64,000 nucleotides of DNA from Eledone cirrhosa (GCA_964016885.1 OZ024744.1:108190001-108254000); one strand, 5' to 3'; shown: positions 39,389-52,754, numbered from the stretch's first letter. The notes: generated from the sequence alone by a model not told the origin. Program-made: numbers and translations.

Positions 39389-39535
39389 CCAGCAATGTTT
39401 GTACATATAATGTAATCTGTGTCCCATCCACTCCACTCTGTAAAAACAAAACTGTTGTTGACAACATTAATAACCATGTATCTATATGATTGTTCAATTG
39501 AATAAGAGGTTAATTATATGTACAAACATTGCTAG

Positions 39536-39582
39536 TGCTCCGATGATTCCAAACGAAAGTTTGGAAGAAACGATTGTCAGCA
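39536..39582 (+). ncRNA. Hammerhead (CCGAUGA variant) with 8-bp stem II and GAAA tetraloop
   Basis: tgct-CCGATGA-ttccaaac gaaa gtttggaa-GAAA-cgattg-TC-agca. Confidence 0.7.
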
Positions 39583-39654
39583 ATAAAATGATATATATAT
39601 ATATATATATATATAGGAAAAGTCAGAATGTCTGAAAGTTACCTTAGCAATATA

Positions 39655-39841
39655 ATTGTTTCTACTTTTGGTGCAAGGCTAGCAATTACCTCAGTGCATT
39701 ACTGGTACTTTATTTTATCGACCCCGTAAGGATGAAAGGTAAAGTTAACTTCGACGGGATTTTAACTCAAACCGTAAAGGGACGTAATTATGCCTTAAAG
39801 CATGGCACCCGACCCTCTACCGATACTGCCAATCCACCAGC
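39655..39841 (-). mobile_element. tRNA-derived SINE
   Basis: Reverse complement of the 10205/41346 family. Confidence 0.85.
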
Positions 39842-40134
39842 ATAATATTCCCCAAAGTTTGTTTTCTGATTAACAATCTATTCTCAAGAGGCGTCCATAG
39901 GGCAGCCTTTGGAGAAAACTAACATTTTCTTCTTAGTGGCTGTTATTTCTTTTTTTTTTTGCATATCAAGTGTGGTTTGCGCATGTGCTAATAAGCACAT
40001 ATTGTTTAATGTTTGTATGTATCTGTGGGAATGTGTATGCAAGAGCGTTTGTAAGTATGTATATGATATGTGTGTATGTATGTGTGAATGTAAGCGTGTC
40101 TATGTATAAATGTTCCATGCACCATAGTGACTAG

Positions 40135-40177
40135 GTCACTGAGGAGGTCACAGAATGTGTGACGAAAGAGCTTTGAC
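40135..40177 (+). ncRNA. Type I hammerhead ribozyme
   Basis: gtca-CTGAGGA-g-gtcaca gaatg tgtgac-GAAA-gagc-TT-tgac. Confidence 0.78.
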
Positions 40178-40440
40178 AATATATAAACAACCTTTCGGTT
40201 ATCGAACCAACCAACCAACCAACCGGTAATTTATAATAAATTGAAGTAAAAACCAACAGGTGCGTGTGTTTTTATTGGCAGCATGACCCTCCCAAAGTAT
40301 AACAGTATCTGTTTCAACACGTTTTCAGATAGAAATCTCTCAAAACAAATTCAAAAACGAATTTTACATATGTATATATATATATATACGCACACACACA
40401 TATATGTGTGTATAATTATGTATATATTTACTTATGTGCA

Positions 40441-40549
<109 letters not shown>

Positions 40550-40679
40550 ATTAGAATACTGGAGCGTGTTTGAGTCAAACACCCTTGTATATCCTTATAA
40601 GACATTAGTGTATGTACACTCCATATTCTTCAGAGTTTCTGGCTTGTATCTGCCGAAATTACCTCTTGTTGTTTTGATT

Positions 40680-40717
40680 GCCCTGATGAGTCCTTAATAG
40701 GACGAAACATTGTCGGC
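40680..40717 (+). ncRNA. Canonical minimal hammerhead in a 220-bp (TA)n-bounded cassette
   Basis: gcc-CTGATGA-gtcct taat aggac-GAAA-cattg-TC-ggc; GUC site. Confidence 0.85.
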
Positions 40718-40762
40718 TAATAAAAACTTTTGATGTATTAAAGGATTCTTTGTTTTACTCTC

Positions 40763-40830
<68 letters not shown>

Positions 40831-41345
40831 CATTTAGTGGATTGTGTACTTGTTATAGTTGGGCGCAGTTACGTAAGTGATGAAAGAGGGTAAAGATGCA
40901 TTTACGGTGAGGGGTGAGAGATACAGGAAGCCGAAAGGAAGAAAATAGAAGAAACAGACGAGATGAAACTTGTTTAAAGCTGTAAAGGTTCTGTTTTTAT
41001 GTTCGTTTAGGCGAAATTAAGGTGTAGATGTTGATGAGTTAGAATAAAAAATAGAATTATGATGAGTATATTAAGGTGAACGGGTCCGTGGCTACAGTTC
41101 ACGAACCTTGTAGCTTGGTTAATATATTTTAGTTGATAGAGAGCTTTTTCGTACCAAAAATTTTTCTTTAAACTCAACCGGTCTTGTCTGGTAAATCCAT
41201 TACCCATCGAAATATGTATACAACTGCTTCCATGAGCCCAGATCACTCCGACAGTTATGAGTAGGTTCCTGCTTCCCAGTGAAAAGCGCCTCCATTATAG
41301 GGAGGAAGCTTATCGCGTCTGTTTGGTCCGCAGTATATATATTAA

Positions 41346-41534
41346 GGGCGGTGGATTGGCAGTATCGGTAGAGGGTAGGACGCCATGCTTTGACGCATAG
41401 AGTTACGGCCCTTGCCATTCTGAGTTCAAATCCCGCCGAGGTTAACTTTGCCTTTCATCCTTACGGGGTGGATAAAATAAAGTACCAGTAATGTACTGGG
41501 TAATTTCTGGCCTTGTGCCAATAGTAGAAACAAG
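41346..41534 (+). mobile_element. tRNA-derived SINE with TSD
   Basis: Full family copy; agtatatatatta repeated on both sides. Confidence 0.88.
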
Positions 41535-42431
41535 TATATATATTATGGAAGTATTTGATTATTTACTTTTGTAAATTAAATAAAAGTTTTATCTCAGACA
41601 ATCGAGTGTTGTATACACACTGTAGTAAAATACCCTGTGTAGTGTTGTCATTATTGAAGCTCTAACCAACAAATATTTTTATTTTATTCGTAATTAAGGT
41701 GAGCAAAACATGGCTATTAACTAGTTGAATTTATAATAATAGAATAATTGCCATCAAACACACAAGACACAAATACAAAATTATAGCCATTCTGAATAAT
41801 GGATTGGAATAATTATTTAAATTATTTTTGACATGATTTATGGAAGAGTCGTGTAACGTTTGTATGAAAAAATTCATAAATTTTAACTATTTGTCCATGT
41901 AAAAATAACTTTCTCTTTTTCTTACAAAAATGTCTTTACTCTGACCAGGAAATCCTTGAATTCAACTGTAAAACACTTTCAGTTTCAGATGGAAGCCAAG
42001 ATATGCCACAAAAACATTAATGTAAAAAAAAAAGCTGATAATCCTTCGTTATTAGAATAGAGACTATGAATGAATGGAAAATTACATTTGATGGCTATAC
42101 TCAAATGTGCCTAGGGAATAATTTAAAAAAAAAAAAAAAAAATTTCTAAAGCAAAGGAGATAATTTGAGGTGCAATGTCTTCCTGAATCAGTTCAGTCTT
42201 TTCTATACTCGTCTCTTTTTGAAAGTTTAATTTCAAGTTGCTTCCGTCCACTAAAGTCTTTGTCACACCGAATCTCTCCTAGAATCGTGCAAATGGTGCA
42301 TGTGTCTGCGGACCATTTGTACTTTAATTTCACGAGCAACCTAATCGGACGTTCGAATCATTGGAAGACTCATCGTCGAAACCGTACAACATACAAACTC
42401 ATGAATACATGAATATGTATATATACATATA

Positions 42432-42471
<40 letters not shown>

Positions 42472-42475
<4 letters not shown>

Positions 42476-42790
42476 GCGACACATTCCCCAGCAGCAACCT
42501 GGTGCAGTCTGTGACTAACCCAGGCTCTGCTGCACTTTGGGCTGAGAAGGGCAAACTCTCCAAGTATCGGTCGCTCTCCGACAGGTTTGCAGTCAAGCCT
42601 GTAGCAGTGGAGACTTCTGGTGTCCTTGGCCCTAGGGCCACCTCCCTACTTACCACCATAGCGCTGAGCTAGCTAGCTGCAAGTGTGAGCCTCGCGAGAT
42701 GGAATGGCTCTTCCAGCGCATCTTCTTTACTATCCTCCGTGGAAGCGCCTTCTCCATTCTGTCCGCTGGGCCCAAGGGGCGGCTAACACG
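42472..42790 (+). pseudogene. 3' fragment of a CRE-like RLE non-LTR retrotransposon
   Basis: CSDTF.SSNL..PGSAA..AEKGKLSKY..F..PVAVETSGVLGP. Confidence 0.65.
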
Positions 42791-43309
42791 TGGGACCCCA
42801 TTTGCTCATAATACAGAGAGATGGGGAGGGCGAGCAAGGTGGAGGCGATGACTGGGAGTTCGGCTCTTCTGTGTTCGGAGCTGGTTGTTGTAAGGAGGTA
42901 GTGATTCATCTACTATTATAGATATGTAAGACTCTACAGCATGTGTACTCATAGATCCTGGTAAATATAAAAAAAGTATTTTGTACTCTTATACTCTATT
43001 GCAACTTTATTTAAAGACGTAAATCCTCTGACGATTGATTCGCGTTTCCTGTAACTTTACCAACATTAGTAGTTGGTAATCGATGATCGATTGCTTAGAT
43101 TGATTTTAGTTATGGTTTTTTGAATCAGGAAATGGTACTATAAGGAAAGAAGAACTTTTTCCAGCTTGAAGTACGTATCTTTCCTACATATCATGTGTTT
43201 TAAGTGTGTACAAAATATGTTTCTCAAACGATATATGGCTTTCTCTCTCTCTCTCTTATATATATCTAGGAAATTAGCCATTTTACTGTTAGTCCGTATT
43301 TGAAGTTTG

Positions 43310-43660
43310 AAATTGGCTATTTTACCAAAGAAAACTAAATTTATCCAACTGGAAATAACCAGTTATACTCTTCGATATCACCTATCCTACTTAACAAAAC
43401 CCTATTATACGCAGGAAGAAACCAACATTATACTCACAGCTAGGAAAACCATTATCAAGTTCAATGAGGAATTATGGACACGCACGGACAGACCCAGTAA
43501 CTTTGACTTGGGCTCTACGGACTCAGCCCAAGTCAAGGACCTTGTTGGATTATACATTCTCCACCTAATTAAAAGAGGGATAACGTAACTGGGCGGAGAT
43601 TTGTACCGCGACGATGCCCATTTTACATTAGTTAATCACAATAACAGTGCTATGAATAGG
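43310..43660 (+). pseudogene. Penelope-like RT fragment
   Basis: KFIQLEI..IILTARKT..WTRTDR..FDLGSTDSAQVKDL..DLYRDD; homologous to 37338-38222. Confidence 0.8.
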
Positions 43661-44159
43661 AAGGGAAGAAGAAAATGATAATAATCTTTTGGCTTGATAA
43701 TTACGGTCTTATAATTACGGTCGATAGAATAAAGCACCAGTAATGCACTAGGGGCCTTGTGTCAAAAGTAGAAAAAATTATTAACTATTTAACTATAAAC
43801 TGAACAGCCATGGCAGAGGTCATGACATTACGTTTTCCTTGTAGCTGTAATAGGTGTCCAGTCTAGACGTTATTTCCAAAACAAGAAAATTCATTAGAGA
43901 TTTTGTTGAAATAGTTATTAATTAATATACCTTAAGACTAGTATACTAAAGATCCAGGTAGTCTTGACTGGTTAATTAATACATATATATAGTGTTATTT
44001 CGCAGTAGAGTTATATAAACATACAGAAAAAGAGAGCAGCATTGGAAAGGACTATAAATGCCATAGATAAGAGGAAAAGGAGGGGAAGAGGAAGGACTAC
44101 TAGACAAAGGGAGAATGGAAGGGGGGAAGGGGATGGGTGACAGACTTTACACCTAGGTT

Positions 44160-44580
44160 AGAGTGAAGTTTCGTCTGCACCTCGTGGTGGACAAAATGGC
44201 AAAGGCCTTTCCCCGGACAATGGCCAACGACATACGCTGCAACAGCCTCCTCGCGGGGCGTCTTCATCACACGGGATGTTATCGATCCGATTTTATGGAG
44301 GAGGTCAGTTGCCCGGGGTGCAAGGACACCTGAGGCCTCGACGGTGACCGGTGCTAAGAGAAAGCGGTCTGACAAGCTCTAGTATTTGCCTGTCCTCTGT
44401 AATACGGGCCGCAGAACCGGGGTTTGTGGCCGAAGCGACTAGGCTGGAGGCAGAAACTTGTCACAGCATGTCGTCTCACAGAGGAGGGATTTACCTCCTT
44501 TGACAGGGTCATTCCGCCGGGGAGCATTCCGTCACCACAATGGACGTCTGCTGGCTTCAACGTTAGTTAGTATTCGTAAT
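44160..44580 (-). pseudogene. 3' fragment of a CRE-like RLE non-LTR retrotransposon
   Basis: DGMLPGGMTL, SDRFLLAPVTVEASGVLAPRATDLLHKIG; paralogue of 42472-42790. Confidence 0.6.
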
Positions 44581-44595
44581 CATGGTGAAACCACG

Positions 44596-44675
<80 letters not shown>

Positions 44676-44799
44676 GGTGTGGTGATGGTGGTAGTAGTGG
44701 TGGTAGTCGTAGTTGTAGTGGTGGTAGTAGTGGTAGTAGTGGTGGTGATAGTAGTAGTAGTGGTGGTAGTAGTAGTGGTAGTAGTAGTAGTAGTGGTAA

Positions 44800-44843
<44 letters not shown>

Positions 44844-44871
44844 ATGGTAGCTAGCAGTAGTAGTAGTAGTA

Positions 44872-44911
<40 letters not shown>

Positions 44912-44912
44912 C

Positions 44913-44946
<34 letters not shown>

Positions 44947-46196
44947 ACAGTAGTAGTAGTAGTAATAGTAGTAGTAGTAGCAGTTGTAGTAGTAGAGGTG
45001 GTGGTGGTGGTGGTGGTGGTGGTCATTACGTTATTTCAGCTGATTGACATTTGGGTCATATATGAGACGAACCTGATATTTAATTGGAGCCAAAAACATT
45101 TGTTATTTGATATGGCAGCAGTAGTGGCAGCAGCAGTGGCAGCAGTGGCAGCAGCAGCAGTGGCAGCAGCAGCAACAGCAGTGGTAGCAACAGCAGCAGT
45201 GGCAGCAGCAGCAGTGGTAGCACCGGCAGTGACAGCAACAGCAGTGACAGCAACTGTAGCTTCATGAGCAACGGCAGAGGTGATGATGGTAGTGATGGTA
45301 GTAGTAGTAGTGGTGGTGGTGGTGGTGGTGGTATGGTCGTAGTGGTGGTGGTGGTGGTGGTAGTGGTGTTAGTGGTAGTGGTGGTGATGGTGGTGGTGGT
45401 GGTAGTGGTGTTAGTGGTAGTGGTGGTGATGGTGGTGGTGTTACTGGTAGTGGTGGTGATGGTGGTGATGGTGGTAGTGAGGGTGCTGGTAGTGATGGTG
45501 GTAGTGAGGGTGCTGGTAGTGGTGGTGGTTGTGGTGGTTGTGGTAGTGGGTGGTGATGGTGGTGATGGTAGTAGTGAGGGTGGTGGTAGTGGTCGTGGTA
45601 GTGGTGGTGGTGATGGTGGTGATGGTGGTAGTGAGGGTGGTGTTAGTGGTGGTGGTTGTGGTGATGGTGGTAGTGAGGGTGGTGGTAGTGGTGGTGGTGG
45701 TAGTGGTGGTTGTGGTGATGGTGGTGATGGTGGTAGTGAGGGTGGTGTTAGTGGTGGTGGTTGTGGTGATGGTGGTAGTGGTGGTGGTAGTAGTGGTGTT
45801 GGTGGCGGTGATAGTGGTGGTTGTGGTGGTTGTAGTGGTAGTAGTGGTAGTAGTGGTTGTTGCAGTGGTTGTGGTTGTAGTGGTGGTGGTGGTGTGGTGG
45901 TGGTGGTGGTGTGGTGGTTGTAGTGGTGGTAGTGGTGGTGGTGATAGTAGTGGTACTGGTGGTGGTAGTGACGGTGGTAGTGGTGATGGTGGTGGTGGTG
46001 GTGGTGGTGGTAGTGGTGGTGGTGGTGGTCGTGGTAGTGGTGGTAGTAGTTGTGGTAGTGTTGGTGGTTGTAGTGGTAGTGGTGGTAGTAGTAGTGGTGG
46101 TAGTAGTAGTAATAGTAGTAGTAGTAGTGGTGGTGGTGGTAGTAGTAGTGGTAGTAGTAGTAGTAGTAGTAGTAGTAGTTGTAGCGGTGGTGGTAG
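44596..46196. repeat. Compound (GTA)/(GGT)/(GCA) trinucleotide low-complexity tract
   Basis: Direct inspection. Confidence 0.95.
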
Positions 46197-46531
46197 GAAA
46201 ATATAGGCGGGGTGTGGTAGACAAAGACGTAATAGGTGAAATGGAGACATAAATACTTGTTTATTTGTCTTGTCTCACAATTATCTCAAGTTGATATTTG
46301 TTTTGTTTTATTATGTATGTGTATATCAAGTTTATTGGGTGTATGTGTGTGGTATGTGGGATGTGTATGGTGTGCATGGAGTGTATGTGACCCCTGTGCC
46401 ACAATAAACGTGTGCATGCATACACACAGACACACACACACACACATATATATATATATGAGTTTATTTACATAGAAGTCATAACATTAAGTTCATATGT
46501 AGATATGTCATTATCTGTAAACCAATTTTTG

Positions 46532-46592
46532 TATTTTATCTGATGAGGGCCTACCAAAATACTGGTACCCTTGAAATATATATAATAAAATA
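46532..46592 (+). ncRNA. Type I hammerhead (tattttat family)
   Basis: tattttat-CTGATGA-gggcctacca aaatac tggtaccctt-GAAA-tatata-TA-ataaaata. Confidence 0.78.
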
Positions 46593-46632
46593 AATATAGT
46601 TTTATAAAGATAGTTTCCATTTATTAATATCT

Positions 46633-46814
46633 TGGATTGGCAGTATCAGTAGAGGGTCGGACGCCATGCTTTCCAGCATAGTTACGTCCCTTTACGATCT
46701 GAGTTCAAATCCCGCCGAGGTTGACTTTGCCTTTCATCCTTACGGGGTCGATAAAATAAAGTACCAGTAATGCACTGGGTAATTGCTGGCCTTGTGCCTA
46801 AAGTAGAAACAATT
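46633..46814 (+). mobile_element. tRNA-derived SINE
   Basis: Family match to 41346-41534. Confidence 0.85.
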
Positions 46815-46967
46815 AATATTATTGATATTAGATATATATATTGAGTTGAAAATTGAGTATCTGCAAATAAATAACTACCAATGTGCACATAGCATGACTA
46901 GGCTGTGTAACTACTAAAGAAACGTTTGTTAGCACTCGGATGTCTACCTGTCTTATTATTCATTCTC

Positions 46968-47044
<77 letters not shown>

Positions 47045-47083
47045 GATATTAATAAATGGAAACTATATTTATAAAACCATATT

Positions 47084-47148
47084 TATTTCATTATACATAT
47101 TTCAGGGATACCAAATTAAATTATGGTATGCCTTCATCAGACAAAATA
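47084..47148 (-). ncRNA. Type I hammerhead (tattttat family)
   Basis: tattttgt-CTGATGA-aggcatacca..tggtatccct-GAAA-tatgta-TA-atgaaata. Confidence 0.75.
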
Positions 47149-47368
47149 CAATATATAACAGTTTTACAAATAAGCTTTGACGTACCATTTTAAAATGCAA
47201 CCATTATTTTTGGAAGCCATCTGGATAGTATAATGAAATAAATATGGTTTTACAAATATAGTTTCCATTTATTAATATCGTATATCTACTCCAAATACTT
47301 GTCGAGTGCTTTATATCAGTTATAAAAATATTTACTTGTTGTATCCCAACAATTTTAAATAGAACTTT

Positions 47369-47434
<66 letters not shown>

Positions 47435-47450
47435 CATATATATATATATA

Positions 47451-47543
<93 letters not shown>

Positions 47544-47560
47544 GCACATATATATATATG

Positions 47561-47620
<60 letters not shown>

Positions 47621-48013
47621 CATATATATATATATATATAAATTAATAAAAATAATGAATAAAAACAAAGAAACAGTTCCTTATATTAAAAAATTCATCA
47701 TTTTACGATCGTTTCTAGGATATATATGTGTGTGTTGGTATGTATATCATATAGATCTATGTAAAAGTTTTACAAACTATCAGAGGGAATATACATACCT
47801 ACACATATATATGCTGTCTTCAGAAATAATGATATTTGTTTATTGAAAAAAAACAAGAAAGATTTAATATAATAGGACTGTGCAAAGAGTTATTTAATTT
47901 GTTGGTTATTCAACAAATTTATTTATAACAGATTCGAAGCACTGTACAGTTTTCTTAGGGAGTATAATATCAATAATATTAATAAATGGAAACTATCTTT
48001 ATAGAACCATATT

Positions 48014-48074
48014 TATTTTATTATATATATTTCAAGGGTACCAGTATTTTAGTAGGCCCTCATCAGATAAAATA
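48014..48074 (-). ncRNA. Type I hammerhead (tattttat family), left arm of inverted pair
   Basis: Reverse complement nearly identical to 46532-46592. Confidence 0.78.
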
Positions 48075-48154
48075 CAATTCGATACTATTCAAACAGAACT
48101 TAAAACGTTAAGTTCTTGTTTTTGGATATGTCACTATCTATAAAACAACTTTTG

Positions 48155-48218
48155 TATTTTATCTGATGAGGGTCTACCAAAAAATTTTTGGTACCCTTGA
48201 AATATATATAATAAAATA
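48155..48218 (+). ncRNA. Type I hammerhead (tattttat family), right arm of inverted pair
   Basis: tattttat-CTGATGA-gggtctaccaaaaa att tttggtaccctt-GAAA-tatata-TA-ataaaata. Confidence 0.78.
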
Positions 48219-48302
48219 AATATGGTTTTATAAAGATAGCTTCCATTTATTAATATTATTGATATATATATAAATGTAATCTGAGTTTTTCGAATATTAA
48301 TA

Positions 48303-48491
48303 ATTGTTTCTACTTTTGGCACAAGGTCAGCAATTATACCAGTGCATTACTGGTACTTTATTTTATCGACCCCCGTAAGGATGAAAGGCAAAGTTAACCT
48401 AGGTGGGATTTGAACTCAGAATGGCAAGGGCCGTAACTCTATGCATCAAAGCATGGCGTCCAACCCTCTACCGATACTGCCAATTCACCGC
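48303..48491 (-). mobile_element. tRNA-derived SINE
   Basis: Reverse complement of the family consensus. Confidence 0.85.
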
Positions 48492-48673
48492 AATAATAAT
48501 ATTCGATTCGTTTGCAATTATGCAAACAGCCCCATTTTTAAAACCATGTCAGTAGAATGAGCCCCTCATTCTTGCTTTTGTGTTGGCATGTAAACAGATC
48601 TGCAAACACTAATGTTTCTATTTCTACACTCACATATACACACACATTTCTTCTTAGCTTCGCACAGACACAT

Positions 48674-48729
<56 letters not shown>

Positions 48730-48730
48730 G

Positions 48731-48827
<97 letters not shown>

Positions 48828-49058
48828 ACACATGCTTACACACATGCTCAAGTATAGCTCTTTTTACAAAACGGTTTTTTTCCATTTCAGGTAGACGCGC
48901 TCCATCATCCACTTTTCTAAAAAATAAATCATACACAAAACGCCAGCACCAACAGTTTTGCAAGAGATGTCAACATGAATGGACCTGTTATTTTTATAAA
49001 GACATTTTTTCCAATTCCATCCAGCCCGTCCTCTCAATTTATCTTATTTCTCATTCTT

Positions 49059-49095
49059 TCTTCTGATAAAAGGACTAGTGTCCGAAACGTTAAGA
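49059..49095 (+). ncRNA. Degenerate minimal PLE-type hammerhead
   Basis: tctt-CTGATAA-aa-ggac tagt gtcc-GAAA-cg-TT-aaga; G8A not compensated. Confidence 0.5.
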
Positions 49096-49204
49096 CCCTC
49101 TTCCTGCTATATCAAGCGTTAACTTAATATATACCTTCCATATACTGTACCGATTGTGTTGTTATTTCTGTTTACCTTTTACATACATACATACATGCAT
49201 ATAT

Positions 49205-51453
49205 ATATATATAAAAATGAATGTATGTTTGTTTGTTTGTCCAAAGATATAAACGGAGAAAGAGAAATCAACGTATAGACAAACAGAGAGTGAAAGAGCG
49301 AGTAGTCTGACTGCTTTGAACCACTCCCTATATTAGACTGTCTCTAAAGTTATAAACGGAGAAAGAGAAATCAACGTATAGACAAAGAGAGAGTGAAAGA
49401 GCAACGTATAGACAAAGAGAGAGTCCTATAAACGGAGAAAGAGAAATCAACGTATAGACAAAGAGTGAGTGAAAGAGCGAGTGTGAAATTTTTTTAATTA
49501 AAGATTATTTCAATAGAATTAGTATTCTCTCTTTAATTTAATATAATTTCAATAGAATTAGTAAATTCTCTCTTTAATTTAATATAATTTCAATAGAATT
49601 AGTATAGTGTCTGTTTCACATTACTTCACTTCCACTCCCATTACAGGGAATTCTTTTTCAGCTAGCTCTTAACTAAGTGCTGTAATTTGATATCTTCATT
49701 TCGTCTGTCCTTATTTTCCTGACCTGGACATAAACCAACAGCTTATCTTCCCTACCTTTATCTCTATAGAAGTTACTACTTATTTCTTCATCCTTTTCTT
49801 TTAGTCTATGTATCTATATAGAGTTTTTTCCTGTTTTTCATCATTTCTCCATATACCGTTTCTGGGTTTCCTTTTTAATACCTTGGTGTTTTGATATTCT
49901 TAAAATATTATAATACCTTGGTGTTTTAATATTCTTAAAATATTATATCTCTCTTCCACTATTATCACTAGAATTTCTACTCTAGCTATCTTATAGCCAA
50001 TCACTAGAATTTCTACCCTAGCTATCTTATAGCCACTAACTGCTGTAATTTGATATCTTCATTTCGTCTGTCCTTATTTTCCTGACCTGGACTTACACCA
50101 GCAGCTTACCTTCCCACCTTTATCTCTATAGAAGTTACTACTTACTTCTTCATACTTTGGTTTTATATTTTTAGTTTTATTACCCTACCACATAAACAAT
50201 GATCACTTATAATACCATGATCCATTTTCCTTATATACTGTAATTTTCTGATGAAGGACTGAGGTACGTGTTATTTTGTCTGAATAATTTGTATTATTTT
50301 CACTCTGTTTTTACAATTGTTTATATCATCAATCAACACATACATATTGGTTATGACTCCTTCTACATTTCGATTACATTGAGTTCTTCATACGTATTTC
50401 CCACTACTTCTCATTTCGGTAGAGTGATTGTGATAAAATATTTTCTATTCAATTATGCCTCCCAAACGACGAGCGATTGGTCAATCTACCCCTCAAGCAA
50501 CGAAAAAATATGCATTACGAGCTTCAGAAACATACGAGCAACGGGAATCACGATTGGAAACCGTTCGAGTAAGAACTGCTCAAGTCCGTTCATCTGAAAC
50601 ATACGAGCAACGGGAAGCAAGATTGCAAACCGTTCGAGTAAGAACTGCTCAAGCCCGTTCATCTGAAACATACGAGCAACGGGAAGCAAGATTGCAAACC
50701 GTTCGAGTAAGAACTGCTCAAGCCCCTTCATCTGAAACATACGAGCAACGGAAAGCAAGAGTGGAAACGAATCGACTACGCAATGCTCTCACAAGAAGAA
50801 TACTGCACGATGATTTCAATCTTGGTGCATTTCATTACGATTCAAATTATGATTACAGTCTTCATCCAAGTGTGATTATTGGAAAAATGGATAAATTATG
50901 CGGGTATTGTGGTGCCCTCAAATTTAAAAATGAAACACCAGGAATGTGCTGCTCGGGTGGAAAAGTGAAATTGCCAGAATTACATCCACCACCTGAACCA
51001 TTATCAACGTTAGTATCAGGTGACACAAGCGAATCTAAACATTTCTTGGCAAACATACGCAAGTACAATTCATGTTTCCAAATGACATCGTTCGGTGCAA
51101 CAAATATCGTGCGCGAGAGTGTGGACTAAATTTAGAAAATCCATGCTTCTCACATGGACAGCTGTATGTGGCTTGCTCACGCGTCGGTAAACCTTCTGAT
51201 TTATTCGTGTACGCACCAGAAGGAAAAACAAAAAAACATTGTGTATCCAAAAGCACTTCAGTAAAACAAATTAAATGTTCTTATAACGAATTTTCTTTAA
51301 ATTCGTCAGTCATTCAGTCATTTAAAGATAAATGTTAAAATCTAAAAAATAGAAACTAAATTACAGAAGTTTTTAAATAACGATTAAAATGTTAATATTA
51401 TTCTTTTCTAAATAAGCTTTTTAACACTGAGCGAAGCCGGGTAGCTCCGCTAG
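49205..51453 (+). mobile_element. Internally deleted Helitron
   Basis: RepHel N-terminus fused to helicase C-terminus (CFSHGQLYVACSRV); 3' hairpin ctgagcgaagccggg then CTAG-t; internal tandem duplications 49250-50150. Confidence 0.88.
50455..51129 (+). CDS. Truncated Helitron RepHel N-terminal region (69-bp coding repeats, zinc-finger-like motif)
   Basis: MPPKRR NLS-like start, SETYEQREARL repeats, CGYCGALKFKNETPGMCCSGGKV, FLANIRKYNSCFQMTSFG. Confidence 0.8.
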   Translation: MPPKRRAIGQSTPQATKKYALRASETYEQRESRLETVRVRTAQVRSSETYEQREARLQTVRVRTAQARSSETYEQREARLQTVRVRTAQAPSSETYEQRKARVETNRLRNALTRRILHDDFNLGAFHYDSNYDYSLHPSVIIGKMDKLCGYCGALKFKNETPGMCCSGGKVKLPELHPPPEPLSTLVSGDTSESKHFLANIRKYNSCFQMTSFGATNIVRESVD

Positions 51454-51478
51454 TATATATATATATATATATATATAT

Positions 51479-51592
<114 letters not shown>

Positions 51593-52021
51593 ACATAATT
51601 CAAAATTAAAAGATATATATATAGAGAGAGAAAGTACCATATACAAGAGAGAATACACAATGTACTGTATATATACAAACCACTTATTTCAAAATATCAA
51701 TTTTTGTTAATTTACGGGAGACGCAAGACAGTCATCAGAGGGAATCGTCTTCTGTGTTAAATGAAACAACATACTGTTGGAAAATAGTATATGATGCAAT
51801 ATACCTGTTTATATCAAGAACTAACACCAAGCTAAATCAGTATGGTGTGATTACGTTCAACCCGAGGCAAAAGATATAAACAAAAGTGGACGCTTATTCC
51901 GCTAGAAAGAGGTGCGGGAATTTTAGACAACAAATCAAGACCTATTATATACAAATATGAGGTATCAAAATATATAAAGTATGTTTGATTTGTTGCCTCT
52001 CAATCAAAAAAGTTCAATAGC

Positions 52022-52650
52022 AGATACGTAAAGGCATTCGTGAGTTTTATATCAAATAATAATAATATTCAATATAAAACTCACGAACGCATTTACGTAT
52101 CCACTATGTTAGAGCAAACCTAATTTTGTTTTTAATTTTCGGCAAAGCTAGACATAAAATCGCTCAGTATGCAAATTAACCTAATCAGCCGATATACTTT
52201 AGAGAATATTATATATTCTTAAGAGTTATAGTGTGTGACAGAGAAGAGGGATACATAATCTTGACAATATTATTGTCGATTGTTTCTCTGTCACCACTAG
52301 AACAAAAGGATGACGGCAGTCGTCTAAATACATAGCGTTATGAGGCTGTTTGTTTGCAAAAGAATCGAATATTATTATTAATCGATATAAAATTCATGAA
52401 TGTATTTACGTATTAGTTATGTTAGAGCAAAAATTGATTTTGTTTTTAAATTTTGGCTAAGCCAGTTATTCTCGAGAGTTCTAGTGTGTAGCAGAAAAGG
52501 GGCAATAACCTTGAAACAAATGTCAACTGTTTTTCTCTGCTGCCGCTAGAACAAAAAGATGGTGTTAATCGCCTAAAAACACGTAGCCTTCTGAGGCTGT
52601 TTGCTTGAAAACGAATCGAATATTATCATTATTCGATATAAAACTCATTA
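52022..52650. repeat. Hairpin followed by about two diverged 270-310-bp tandem units
   Basis: gatacgtaaa..gagttttatat pairs with atataaaactc..tttacgtatc; gaggctgtttg..gaatcgaatattat..atataaaa recurs; relatives at about 35745-35880 and 48492-48520. Confidence 0.65.
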
Positions 52651-52655
52651 ATGCA

Positions 52656-52754
<99 letters not shown>

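Noticed and set aside
50248-50290. ctgatgaaggac..gtctgaa hammerhead-like string in the Helitron
   Set aside because: GAAA, stem III and stem I cannot be completed
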